DNA of 64,000 bases from Bugula neritina (lineage: Eukaryota; Animalia; Bryozoa), in contig OZ037769.1 in the NCBI GenBank assembly GCA_964035545.1, positions 15,468,633-15,532,632 on the forward strand. The letters are read 5' to 3'. The stretch's first letter is position 1. Each line of letters opens with the position of its first letter. The translations under genes and the position numbers were made by a program. The notes beneath the pieces are model-generated. The model had not been told where the DNA came from. It did not search any database and saw only the letters and a program-made list of their open reading frames with translations. Below, piece by piece: positions 40,442-54,400 of this stretch.

Positions 40442-43400
40442 TTAACCAGTCAGTTTAATTGTGGCTGAGAATTTGGTAGGCTTATTGTCTTCATTAGATT
40501 TTACAGCTGACTGACCGCTGCCAGACAAGCTATTTGAGGCAGCATTTTCAGGCTGCCGTTTTCTATTGCTGATAAAGGAAGTGGTGTTAGTTGGAGGCTT
40601 ACTGAAATCTCGCTGAGTCTTTGCTAAGGGTTTGAGGCTATTAGTACTGAGTCGAAACTTGAGCTCTTCTATTGGGTCATGGGGAACTTTAGGAGGGGGG
40701 CTGTCTAGTTCCAGCCCTTCTGTGGTGGGAGAAGCCAAGGCTGTACCATTGAGACTGGGCTTTAGTCCGTTAGTTGAGCTGTTATTAAATCTCTGCTTTA
40801 TTTCGTCTAAATGGTTCAATGATGGCGACGTCTTATAAGACGCAGGTTCTTCGTAGTCGGGGGACGGCAATGGAATGGGGGGCTCAACGCTACTCGCAGG
40901 TACTAAGGCTAGCTCAGCATAAGTAGGTGAATCTTTAGCCTCCTCTAGAACGATGTCACTGAATCTCACTGAGTTTCTAGTAGAGGTCTTCCTTTCTCCT
41001 GATTGGTAGTTCAGACTGTAAGCAGACTGATTATGGGAGGAGCTAACTTGACTATGGGAGGAGTTACTTTGACTGTGGGAGGAGTTACCTTGACTGTAGG
41101 CGGAGCTACCACGATCATAGGATGAACTTTGGCAAATTTCAACAGAGCTATCTGTATTCTTCCTGAATTCATTTGGACCAGACTGTTGAGCATGGTTAAG
41201 GGAGGGGCTGTGCTGTAGCGAACTGGTACTCGAGCTAGTGCTAATAACACTTGGGCTAAGATCTTCTGGCTTATCAACCGGAAAAGGTTTCCTCAAGTCT
41301 ACAGCTTCAACAGGCTGAGCGTCCGGTAAAATGTGCACTATTTCTTTCCCTCGCAAAGATTGTTTCGACTTTCTTTTCAGGTTGTTATTCTCGTCATCCT
41401 TCTTGTGGAAATTGTCAAGAATATCTTTCATTGACGGGTGTTTAGTGTCTTTCCGTGCCGAGACACTACTAAACCTGGAAACGTAAAGCACAAACTATAA
41501 AATAACAAAAATAAAATACCAATTGACAAGTGAGTGAGTATTGAATTCAATTTAGTATTATAATGAGCGTAAGTAAGCGAAAGGCTGATGCAGCACTTGA
41601 TAGACTAACCGCTTTAAGATTGATCTGTTGCTCGTGTCTCGTGTAGGTAGCCGGACTGTATGAGATGCACTACGACTAGGAGTTGTCCTTCCTTGAACAT
41701 CTGATAGCCTTAGAACTTCCTGTTCGGTGTCGGTGTTGTCGTTAACTACACCGTTGTTAGGACTCAAGAAGGAATTTGACTTTAGCATCAAAGTTGATGG
41801 CCTTTCAGGTAAAATAGGTGGAAGATTTCGACTTTTTCTGACAATTTCATGGAAATCTTCATGACTCAGTGTTTTACCTGAAAGGGCAGATAATTTCAAA
41901 TCTTATAAGATCAGAGTAAAAGCTGTGATCTCAGTGTAGAAGCTAAAGTTCTGAAAAAGAATTGCTGTGTACAAAAAGGTACGAAACAATCAAAATGCTA
42001 TTACCTATAATCATATAATATAATATACTATAGAATATATTATATATAGTATATATTACAATGTACTATATAATATACTATAATGTACTGTATAATAATA
42101 TACTATAATGTACTATATACTATATACTATGATGCACTATATACCATAGTATCTACATTAAACTAAAAACAAACATCAACACATTACATACTGCTAGTAT
42201 ATGAACACGTCTTCTAAACATCCCCAACATACCCGGATGTACACGGCGTATAGACATGCTGACGTGATGCTGCCGAATGTCATCCATGTTGACTCTGCAC
42301 GATTCGGCTACTGCTAGCATCTCCTGAGAGTAACTCGACAACTCGATGACATCATCAGGACGAGGATGGTTGGACTCGGAGAGTTTGTAGGCAACCAGCA
42401 CTCTGTCATTGATTATCTTTATGAGTCTGAAACATAACCAATACTTTATATACCTGTGCTATACTGGTGCTATTAGAGATACTTATTACCTTATATACCT
42501 GTGCTATACTGGTGCTATTAGAGATACTTATTACCTTATATACCTGTGCTATACTGGTGCTATTAGAGATACTTATTACCTTATATACCTGTGCTATACT
42601 GGTGCTATTAGAGATACAAATTACCTTATATACTGGTGCTATACTAGTGCTATTAGAGATACTTATTACCTTATATACTGGTGCTATACTGGTGCTACCA
42701 GAACAAAAGAGTTGTATTCAACTTAAAAGCATGGCCGACAAGTTTATTATACAAAGCAAGTATAGTGTACATACTGTAAGTATAGTGTACTTAGTGTAAG
42801 TATAGTGTACATACTGTAAGTATAGTGTACATAGTGTAAGTATAATGTACATAGTGTAAGTATAGTGTACATAGTGTAAGTATAGTGTACATAGTGTAAG
42901 TATAGTGTACTTACCTAAACATTTTAGGTACAGGAAGCTCATCCTGAGGCATAGGATTGGTTAGAACTCGGCACACCATCTTTGGGAGACTTTGATGTCT
43001 GCATTATATAATATTATATGGCGTATAGTTTACTGTATCACAGTGTATAGTTCACTGTATCACAGTGTATAGTTCACTGTATCACTGTGTATAGTTTACT
43101 GTATCACAGTGTATAGTTTACTGTATCACTGTGTATAGTCTACTGTATCACTGTGTATAGTTTACTGTATCACAGTGTATAGTTTACTGTACTACAGTGT
43201 ATAGTTTACTGTATCACAGTGTATAGTTTACTGTACTACAGTGTATAGTTTACTGTATCACAGTGTATAGTTTACTGTATCACAGTGTATAGTTTACTGT
43301 ATCACAGTGTATAGTTTACTGTATCACTGTGTATAGTTTACTGTATCACAGTGTATAGTTTACTGTATCACAGTGTATAGTTTACTGTATCACAGTGTAT

Positions 43401-46400
43401 AGTTTACTGTATCACTGTGTATAGTTTACTGTATCACAGTGTATAGTTCACTGTATCACTGTGTATAGTTCACTGTATCACTGTGTATAGTCTACTGTAT
43501 CACAGTGTATAGTTCACTGTATCACTGTGTATAGTTTACTGTATCACTGCGTATAGTTTACTGTATCACAGTGTATTATAGTTCACTGTATCACAGTGTA
43601 TAGTTTACTGTACTACAGTGTATAGTTCACTGTATCACTGTGTATAGTCTACTGTATCACAGTGTATAGTTCACTGTATCACTGTGTATAGTTTACTGTA
43701 TCACAGTGTATAGTTTACTGAATCACTGCGTATAGTTTACTGTATCACTGTGTATAGTTTACTTTATCACAGTGTATAGTTTACTGTATTACTGTGTATA
43801 ATTACTCACTGTGCTATACTCTGGACAGTGGATACAGTCCCATCTTTCATTTCCTGTTCACCACCTTGGTTTACACAGTAAAACCTGCTCTCTACGTGCT
43901 TATCAATGTGAAAGTGTTTGGAGTTGTCTCTCACACATACTGTGTTGTCAGATGTTTCCGCAGGTTTGGACGAGAAACAGCATAGTGCACTAGATTTCTG
44001 GTGTGTCAAGTAGGGACAACTACGGAAATATTGTATATAATATATGGCTATAACATACAATAAAACTTATCATTACTCCCAATAAAGGGAAGGCAATTCT
44101 ACTAATAAAACTAATGACAAAATAATTACCTAAAGATGGAATTACCTAAATATGGAATTACCTACATAAATATGGAATTACCTAACTGTGGAATTCTGCA
44201 CAGTTTAAAGGGTAAAATTACAGTTAGTGAAAGTTCTAGAAAACAATGTGTTATACGCCCAATCCAATTTCAAACTTGTTGAAGTTTGAAATTTTGATAT
44301 TTGAATTCCTAAATATTTTATCAGATATTATTTGGGAATTTGTTTTGAACTAATATTTTATTAATATTTCATATAATATGAGACAACAATTTTCAGAGAT
44401 TGAATTAATTCAAAAACTTCATAATTTCAGCTGAGTCAATGGGAAAATATGGTAACATAAAATTGGCGTATGATGTGTGATAAGGGAGTACGTAACCTCC
44501 CTCTTTCCACACAGCAGTATTTACAATAGATATAACCTCTAATTACCTAGATTGTAATACATTGAAAACTTAGAGATAACAGTTGAGTGCTCAGTGACTG
44601 GGGCTAGGATAATGGCAAACCTACGCAATATGAACTTCTATAATGGCTGTCACATATCATGAATATAAATATTATAGACTGTAGAGTACGTAGTGAATAA
44701 TGCACTGAATTGAGAGTAAATTATAATACAGTGTTTAGAGTAAGTAATACAGTGTTTAGAGTGAGTAATACAGTGTTTAGAGTAAGTAATACAGTGTTTA
44801 AAGTAAGTAATACAGTGTTTAGAGTAAGTAATACAGTGTTTAAAGTAAGTAATACAGTGTTTAGAGTAAGTAATACAGTGTTTAAAGTAAGTAATACAGT
44901 GTTTAGAGTAAGTAATACAGTGTTTAGAGTAAGTAATAGAGTGTGTAGAGTAAGTAATACAGCTAACAGCAATTTCCTAACAACATTTAAGCATCATGCT
45001 ATTTCTATATTGTAAATGATATACTAACAATGCTATATTCACAATATTATATTACACGATTATTTGTACCAGGAGCTTTGTAGTATATTTAAACCCAGAT
45101 AGATATCGGGGAGGGGTGAGAGGAGGGGGATGGCTAAGTGTGGGATGGGGGATGAGGGCGTAGCGATATATATCAAATTCTACTTGGACCAGCTGTTGAG
45201 ACAATTATTTGAACAATAGCTGCACACAGCTGTAAGAGATGGAGCTACCCTTGTATTTAATCTGATAGTGAGCTACACTTACTTGTACAAACTATGATTA
45301 CAATTTGGATAGAATGATCTATGAATAAAATCTACACTGAATTCATTTTTACCAAGTTAAAATGGGGATACATTACAGGTAGAGAGAGGTGTAGAGGTAG
45401 AAAGGGACGTACAGGTAGAGAGGGGCTTACCTTCTATTATTAGATATAGGAATTATCTGCCCGGAAGGAATAACTTTCTTCTCAAATTTGTCGGTAGAAC
45501 TGTTGAGAAGTTTCACAGGGGTTTGACTGTCCACCAGAACCTTGGCTGAGTTGGTACCAGAGGTCAGTATTTGAGAGAGACAGGTGAAGGGTTTGGTTGG
45601 CTCATCGTGTGGCGATACAGTACCATAGTAACCTATGAGAAGAGAAAGTATATAGTGTGGCGATACAGTACCATAGTAACCTATGAGAAGAGAAAGTACA
45701 TAGTGTGGTGATACAGTACTATAGTAACCTATGAGAAGACAAACATAGTGTGGCGAATCAACACCATAAACTGAGCACTATTTTGGTAGCATTGACCTGG
45801 GCTATTATTGCGGAGTGCTACTGACATTATATATAGTGAACTAGGCTTGAGTTGAGCATTAACTCTTCACTGATGTTCTTTATTATGTTTTATTTAACTT
45901 CTATTGACATCCTATTGACATCGTCAAGACTACAATTATTGCAATTCAAACTTACATGATCAGGATAAACAATAAACAAAAAAGGAAACAATATAATTAA
46001 TGTAAATAACTTACTTATTTTGCTCTCTTAAAATTACACCAGTTCACTAGCACCAACTATTGCCAAGTGCCAGAGTTAGCACTGGCTATGCTGTAGAAAG
46101 CTTTTCTTAGTGTAGCTAAAATAGCTTAGCAAACTAGCGCTAATTTCACTACATTATACAATAGCCTTAGATCTTTCAAGTATTATAGACTATAGTTGGA
46201 GATTCTGTTTTTATTATAAATATATAATATATAATGTATATGAATCAACTGCACAATCAACCAGTGCAGCTGAAGCTACAGAAATATAAGTTGTATTCAA
46301 CACTAAAACTATTATAGGGTTGATGAATAATATAAAGAGGATTCAAAATGATATATTTCATGAGTAGCTTAGGTTCTTGCATATTAGCCCTATTATTAAG

Positions 46401-47203
46401 AAACTTGAGCTAAGCCAAAAAAGTAATTTTTGTTCTAGTGATGGTGCTGTCCTTTTTTAAGTTGGTCAGAGTCAGTAACTACCAGTATCAATCTTAAGAC
46501 CAGAGTTCATGGCCAGACAAATTCTGGTAGAAAGAGGTGCTAGAGATGAGGTTGCAATGCTAGAGATACTGTTAGCACTGGCCAAGGGGGTAGCAGACAC
46601 TTCTGCTAATATAACAAGTTTTTATCGGTACTTGAATTTTTTTCGTTTAGAGGTCTTTTACATCATAGGAACATTTGAGTGACAGAATCTGTTTGACATA
46701 CAGATTTGTTTCCCAGAAAACTATATTCTAAGCATTATATATAATGCAATGTCAAAGTACACCTTTATATTTTGGGCAATAAATTAGAATTATAAGTTTT
46801 TAGGTGTTTAAATAATGCTAAACTGATTGGACTCAAAGTAGATCCAAGTGTTTTTTAAGACAGCAGGCAATTTTTAATGAAAGTAACAATAGATTGAGCT
46901 CTGTTTAGCATTGGTTAGAATGATACTTTCACACAGTAGCACCCCTAATTCTCCGGTTTACCAAAGAATTTGATCTAAGAGTATAATACTTATCATACAA
47001 TGTAACTAACCTTTATTACTGAGAGGGATGAGAAAGTACTCATTATCAGGGAGTACGTCTGCGTCTAGACCTTGACATATGACATACGGTATGATGACAG
47101 ATTTGTGTACCAGCAGTCTCTCTCCACTCTTCCTCTGCACCAGCAACGGCAGACTGTATCCTTCTAGAATACTCTTAACAGACTCCAACTTTGGGGCTGC
47201 CAT
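40442..47203 (-). CDS. CABIT-domain (THEMIS/GAREM/serrano-like) adaptor with long S/P-rich disordered tail (~717 aa)
   Basis: Exons 47203-47011, 45632-45431, 43989-43810, 42998-42915, 42426-42233, 41877-41610, 41474-40442; total 2154 nt in frame. N-terminal YSLPLLV...GERLLVH...YFLIPLSNKGYY and a second SLPKMV half-repeat resemble CABIT. Gene model is solid; domain call is from recalled pattern. Confidence 0.7.
42441..42697. repeat. 45-bp minisatellite, ~5.5 copies, intronic
   Basis: Period 45 (42481 to 42526). Confidence 0.95.
42757..42910. repeat. 20-bp minisatellite (AGTATAGTGTACATAGTGTA) abutting a splice donor
   Basis: Directly visible. Confidence 0.92.
43020..43799. repeat. 21-bp minisatellite, ~37 copies (GTGTATAGTTTACTGTATCAC[A/T]-type), fills intron 42999-43809
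   Basis: Directly visible. Confidence 0.97.
44726..44961. repeat. 21-bp minisatellite, ~11 copies (AATACAGTGTTTAGAGTAAGT)
   Basis: Directly visible; explains the SNTVFRV/LLTLNTV ORFs. Confidence 0.95.
45607..45756. repeat. 48-bp triplication spanning a splice acceptor of the CABIT gene
   Basis: ACCTATGAGAAG at 45631, 45679, 45727. Confidence 0.9.
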
Positions 47204-48452
47204 ATTCGCTAGGAGGAAGCACACAGGTAGCCTGCTGATACTGTAGTAGTTGAATGCACTATGGAATCAAGTGAGCTGAATAAGCCAATTGAACTTAGAT
47301 TGGAAACTAAGCAAACACGCGATTGTTTCAAGTTGAGTGTATTATTATTTGAAGTTATTTGATAATCAAGACTCTAGTGAAGTAGACATGCTACAGTAGG
47401 AAATGGTATTGGCTTACCTTTAAGCTAGTGCTATTAAAAGTACCAGTCTTTCCACAGTCAGCAATGCTGTCAGTAAACTTAAGACTCGGAGCTAGTCATA
47501 AATTAACCCACTGAGCTTTTTAGCACATGAATAAAAAGGATGGCCAATCAAGTGTATTTACCTCGCAGGTTATTGTTTAATTCCTTTGCTAATAACTATA
47601 CTGTATACTTGCACTGTATTCAAAGTATCGCATTTCTATAGGAAGGTAAACAGGTTATAGAACTATTGTGAACTTGAAAGGGTGAAATATAAGACGCATA
47701 TTATATTAACAAGTCAACATGTGGGCGTGCCTATTTAACCAGCTAATTTGATGACTCACTACACAGGGAGAAGATAACTACAACTATGAGTGTATTGATA
47801 ACATTTCAGTAACCAACTATGATAGCTGCTAAATCACACATCTTAGTCAAAGCGAAAATACAGATTATCTGTGAAACATTGCAGAGACAGGCTAACTGTG
47901 CAGCAGATGACTCATAATGGCTGCCGGGGTCAGCAGGGTGTCTACCAATACCCTAGCAGTATTAGAGAAAGGGTTGTATATTTTAATAACTAACACTGAC
48001 TGTATATTATTGTTAGATATTAGGGAGCAACACATCATTCACACTACATGATGTAACCAGCATATTGCATTTCAATACATATTCCAACTATGCTATTGTT
48101 ATTTACAACACATATTAGGTTTAAAACTTTTTATGAAATTTATCCTTCACTTTTAGAAATTTACTCAAAAATTAAGAAAAATATTTTATATTTTAATGGT
48201 TTGGAATGCATAGCAATGTTACTCAAGTTAAACCCAACTGATCCGTAAAAAGAAAATGAACTAAAACATGACTAGACTGCAAGACTGTAGCAAATAGCAT
48301 GTCACACTTTTTATTCCATATAAAAATAAAACATTTTAAAATAGAAGAAAATCTCACAAACCTACGAATAAACACAGATTCTTGTAGCGAAATGGTAAAA
48401 CGTGAATATGTTACAGGAATAAATAAATAAGAAAGTTGGACGGTTTAGTATA

Positions 48453-51400
48453 TCAGAGTTTGGTTGGAGCTTCTTTCATAGACTTCACCAGAGACAGATA
48501 CTGTAAGAGAATATCAGAGAATAAACAAGGAGTCATCTGCTCAATGAATAGTCTAAACTCTAAGCAGTTGGTATTGAAAGGCTCCACGATTTAAGGTTCA
48601 CCAAAATGTATTTCAAAGAGTCAGTTAATTGGAATGAACATCGACTGCTTGAAAATCGAAACATCCGGTAATAAGACAATGCAGATAATCTCTAGGGTTG
48701 GTACTGCAAGCACACACATACTCTAGGGTTGGTACTGCAAGCACACACATACTCTAGGGTTGGTACTGCAAGCACACACACACTCTAGGGTTAGTACTGC
48801 AAGCACACACATACTCTAGGGTTGGTACTGCAAGCACACACACACTCTAGGGTTGGTACTGCAAGCACACACACACTCTAGGGTTGGTACTGCAAGCACA
48901 CACATACTCTAGGGTTGGTACTGCAAGCACACACATACTCTAGGGTTGGTACTGCAAGCACACACACACTCTAGGGTTGGTACTGCAAGCACACACATAC
49001 TCTAGGGTTGGTACTGCAAGCACACACACACTCTAGGGTTGGTACTGCAAGCACACACATACTCTAGGGTTGGTACTGCAAGCACACACACACTCTAGGG
49101 TTGGTACTGCAAGCACACACCTGTTTCCTGCTGGCGATGGCCTGCTCAATCCACATGAGTTCCATGGAGACATTCTCTCTGATGGAGTTCAACTCTTCAG
49201 GAGTTGCGTGCTCGCTGACTTCTGTATACAAAGGTAGGCAGTGTAAGTATACAAAGGTAGGCAGTGTAAGTATACAAAGGTAGGCAGTGTAAGTATACAA
49301 AGGTAAGTATAGTGTCTAACTAGTGTAAGTATACAAAGGTAAGTACATCATGTGACCAGAGTAAGTATACAAAGGTAAGTACATCATGTGACTAGAATAA
49401 GTATACAAAGGTAAGTAGCCTAGAGTAAGTATAAAGTCATAGCCTGTGAACCAAACTCATGACTCACCGTACTTGGACTTCATCTGCGTGGCTGAGCGAG
49501 AGTCGGGCCAAAGGCTAGTTTGCTGCTGGACTGCTTCCTCTCTCTACAAATTCGTAACACGAGCCAATAACTCATCGGCAATGCAGCTGTATGATGACAC
49601 GTCTCACAAGCAGACGTACTGGAGGTTATCACACAAGTTAGAGGCATACAATTGGAGTTATCAGCCCTCAAGTGAGCTGCAAATCGCTGTTCGTAAACAC
49701 TACACCTCTAATGCTTATGTGAATGAATGCTCCTATGAATGGATTTGTCGTTTTGCATGAACTAATGATTGCAGTTTTCACTCGATGCAACGGTTTTCCA
49801 AAAAATCCATTGAATAATGGCGAAGCTTGGAAATGTAGTGATAGAGAGCTGAGAGACAGAAAGCTGGCAGTTACTGTCAACAGCACTATGAGGAGTTATT
49901 CTCCCCTTGCATCACAGAGGGGGAATTTTAAATACACTCAGCACTGAAATATGCTTGGAGGGGGATTTAGTAGTAATCACCGCTATGAACTAAGGATAAC
50001 TGTTGTAAGATAAAACTAATATCTCTCTATAATTTGAACTAATAAAATTTCCAAAATGAATGTATTATGATTCAATAAGAAAATGTCAAAATAAAAAACT
50101 TGCGCAATACCTAGATTTGCTGGCACATACTTCAGAGTAGAGCAGAAAGTGTATAACCAGACACCAAGTAAAGACTTGGACAAAACTAGCAACTAGTAAA
50201 ACGTAGAGGTGTACCTGGGGGGTGGTTTGGGGGTGACGCAGTGGTGTGCTGGAGTCACCGTGAGTGGGGTGGAAAGTTTGTGAGTGGCTTGTTTCACCAT
50301 CCCTTTCGGGTAGAGATGAGACTGAAATATAAATACAGTGTGTACGTACAGTGTACGTACAGTGTACGTACAGTGTACGTACTGCAGTGTACGTACAGTG
50401 TATGTACTGTAGTGTACTTACAAAGTGTAGGAAGCTGGAATGTATCATATAGGTAAACAAGTTTTTACTGAAATATTCCTACTAATTAATTTATAAGGAA
50501 ACACAAGAACTAGTCTGTAAATATCTCCAGTTTTCACTCATTAGGTTGTTTACAGGCAGGAAAGAGAGAGCTGGATATCTACAAGGAACTTTCTAGAATA
50601 CACACATCCATGACACAACACCAACAGTGTTCCAGATGCATGCAGCTAAGTCACGGAGAGAACAAAACATTCTAGAATATTCCAAACTCTGCTTCCAGTT
50701 CAGTCAGCAACATTGTGCTCTACCAACTGTATATAATACACTTACTGATTTCTAATAATCTAACAATACCCATTCTGGAGCATTCTACATTGTTACTGTG
50801 TATAACTGATAGCAAACTGTACACAGGCATACCATTTGTGAGGTCCAGAGCATCTAGGGGTGCGTCAGCAGGGGGCACATCTAGGGGTGTGTCAGCCTGT
50901 CTAGAAGTGGGGGCAGCTTTCGATTGAGCATCTTTCACAGAAGACTAGAGAATACACAGAGGTGTCTGCATGCATGTAGAGATATAGTTACCATAGCATA
51001 ACACTAACTCCAACCAGTAAGACATACAGACAGACACCATTGAGAAACAAACAAAGTAAAACCACAAGACATTGGAGTTGTACGAAGTAAGCATAGGGGC
51101 AGAACCAACACCCACCCGCTCTTGGATACATCCATCCGAGAGACTGAGGAGAGAGCTAGGGCTACACGGAGTAGTGACTGTGGGGGCGGGTGTCTCCACC
51201 CTGTCTTCTGTTTGTATTGCCACGTGAGTCACAGTCTGCACAGAGACGCCCACGGCTATGTTAGTCTCAGTCTGAGCCGCAATCTCCGAGACAGAGATAG
51301 ACTGAGTGACTGCAGGTCTGCGCGCCCGTCGCCTGCCTCTAGGGCTATGAGTGGGCGTGCTGGAAGGCGTAGTCTGGGGGGAGCTGGCGCAGGGAGATGG

Positions 51401-54400
51401 CAATATTCCGCTCTTGGGCCAAGACTGTCTGCCGTGTCTCTCAGAAAACCTGAAAATTTCTAAAGTAGAACATTTCTGCCACCCTGAAACAATGTAGGAA
51501 CAGAGAGAGGGCATCATGTTGCCACCTTTACTATAGACATGCTATAGACAGATGACTTTAGGAAATAATAAAAAATTACTGTTGAACAGCTGAAAGTTGG
51601 CTTTTAATAAAATTATTTTCCTGTTGACTTTAACATTCACTTCCTTTATAGTTCTCAATTCAATGCATTATTTAGTAATCAGTCACTAAGAGTTACTATG
51701 AGAGTGAGTTAATAGTAAAGTCAGCAGTTAATGTGTGCCAAGTGATTGAGAAAAGTTAACTATAGTATTATTGGGGGTTAATATAGAACTAATATGAAAC
51801 CAGTCAGCTGCTGGTCTGAATAGGTGAGGCAGCAGCTTAGAAAGAGGTGACAGCATGAAAATAGAGTGAGCTGTAGTAATATAACCACACTGAGTATAAA
51901 CTGCTATTAATAGCAACATGTGTTGCGACATTTCAATTACTGTTGACCAATACTCTTGCAAAACTTCAGCATTGGTTTGTGGTTGTGTGTTGACATAGAA
52001 TATCAATAACAAATCAAAAGGTATTGATACTGTATAGTATATTGATAATGAAGTCCCACACATAATGATTTATAGCCAAGGTTAAATGGATTGCATCAGC
52101 ATTACGCAATCATGTATATGGTATGTGATTGTATAGACTTGTATGGACTTGTAGTAAAGGGCTCGCAAGACCTTGCAAGTTCAAGATAAAACCTATCTAA
52201 TGCATCAACTTTTTTAGCTTAATCGGTCAACACATAATATTACCCCTCCTCCCTGTGAAATATTAGCAGACTTACACACTATAGTCTATCTGTTACTGTA
52301 TGAGATAAAGCTGTAGGCTATACAATGTACAATACATAGAGTATAGTATATTATAGAGTATAGTATATAGTATATAGAGTATAGTATATAGAGTATATAG
52401 TATAGTATATATAGTATAGTATATAGAGTATATAGTATAGTATATATAGTATAGTATATAGAGTATAGTATATAGTATATAGAGTATAGTATATATAGTA
52501 TATAGAGTATAGTATATAGACTATAGAGTATAGTATATACTATATAGAGTATAGTATATAGTGTATAGAGTATAGTATATAGAGTATAGTATATAGTATA
52601 TAGAGTATAGTATATAGTGTATACATGTAGTGTACACTATACACTGTATAATGCGGCGAGAGTGCGTTACCTGTCAATAGTAGAAGTTCTGTGGTGATCA
52701 CAGCTAGACTTGCTTCTCGCCCTCTGTACGTTAGCATATGAGCGGGTGGTCTCCCTAACCCCCCTACTGCCTGCTAAATTATCTGGTAGAGACACTTTGT
52801 AGCATGATTTCCTGCGATACATTGTGCCATCTATGGCGGTGGCTGGGGTACCCGATGGCTGAAATACATAGTATTTAAGGTAGATAAGGCTATCATGATA
52901 TGTACAAGTGGGCACATTTCAAAATTTTATATGTAATTTTAGCAGTTTCAGCTCTATTTTTAATAACAGGCTTATGTCTTCCAGTTCTCACAATCAGCTG
53001 GCTAAGTTAGTTTGGAAACAGGAAATTAGTGCAGCTAGAAGTGACTTTCTGGCGGTTTTTCAACACATATTATTCAAAGTATGTATAATGACTTAAACAC
53101 AACACTAAATACACGTGTAGTGCATTACTAAGCATCATGAGTAAAGGCTGAACGGCAAGTCTAGTCATGCCTGAGTGAACACCATTCAGCAACGTGTTCC
53201 ATCAGCTGAGTACAGCAAACATGTCCAAACACGTTATCAGTATTAGCTAGCGTAACGGCTAGCGTATTGCCAGCATATTATTGCAGTGACTAGTCGTGAT
53301 TTGCTTGTTTTGTGATTTCACTGATAACCTGTGCTATACAAAGAAACACTGTACACATCCAGGGTAGTTCTAGCTGATGCAATGTAAAGACATGGCTATG
53401 TATATTATATGATTCACAACTTTAAAACTGATGCAACATTTTTAGTTCTTGAATTTTGTAAAATTCTCGGGAGTCAAGTTATGAAATTTGAATGGTGCAT
53501 AGTAGGCTGGTTGGTTGGTCTGTTTCACATCCAAGCTGTTCACAGAATTGTTTGAGATGCAAAGTCAATGGAATTGGGTCCAGGAAAGGGATGAAAGGGA
53601 AAGCATAGATAAAACTCCAACATGGCCCTGGAAACTACTATATTAAAAAGTTCAACTAACTGGAATAAAAACGTGTTAAAGTCAACTTAGTACCATGTAT
53701 TATTAACTTTTTTTATATCTGTTTTTGAGCTGGTGCTGAAGGATGCATGAGTTTTAACTTATATGTACATCATTGGGGAAACAAGCAATATAAGCTACAT
53801 CTAACTAGAAACCATGCACTTCTTGCTGGCATTCGTCTCCCAGATCTTTTGTTACTATTGCCTGTACTAATGCAACACATAGTATAACGCTCATGTATTG
53901 AATTGTCACTAATGTCTACTTACAAGCCACACTCTAGAGTTCTTAGACTTTGACCTAACAGTCTGAGCCACCACCTCTTCACGTCCATCGCCCAAATCAT
54001 CCGTTATTTTCTGGCATAGCTTACAGGAAGATGGCCGCCGATGCACGGAAGCTTTGCGCTCCAATGGCGGAGAAAACTCCAAACCAGGATTTGACACGCT
54101 TGCGCTCATTTTACTACGCCGCTGAGACACGCTAAGTGACGGTTGCGATGTGCTGGGTTTTGGTTTGTGATTGGTTGAGTTTGAAAGCTGCATGATCTCG
54201 TCAAGAAGGGACTCTACCCCGACCAGACTCTCTTCAATCAACTTATTCTCAGATTCTAAGACCACCTGCTCAGCAGTTGGGTACACGACATTATTGGTTT
54301 GGTTTGGTTTGAGCGCTAAGGAGGCTGATGGCCAACACGTGTTGCCACTATATTGCCAGTGGATCTGTAACATAATGGCTACAGTGTTATCTGAGCGAAG

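Noticed and set aside
42409-45015. Repetitive ORFs (YYLIYLCYTGAIRDT, SNTVFRV, LLTLNTV)
   Set aside because: Products of 45-, 20- and 21-bp intronic minisatellites.
48690-49120. CRISPR-like array of 31-bp repeats
   Set aside because: Head-to-tail units with no unique spacers, no cas genes, inside a eukaryotic intron.
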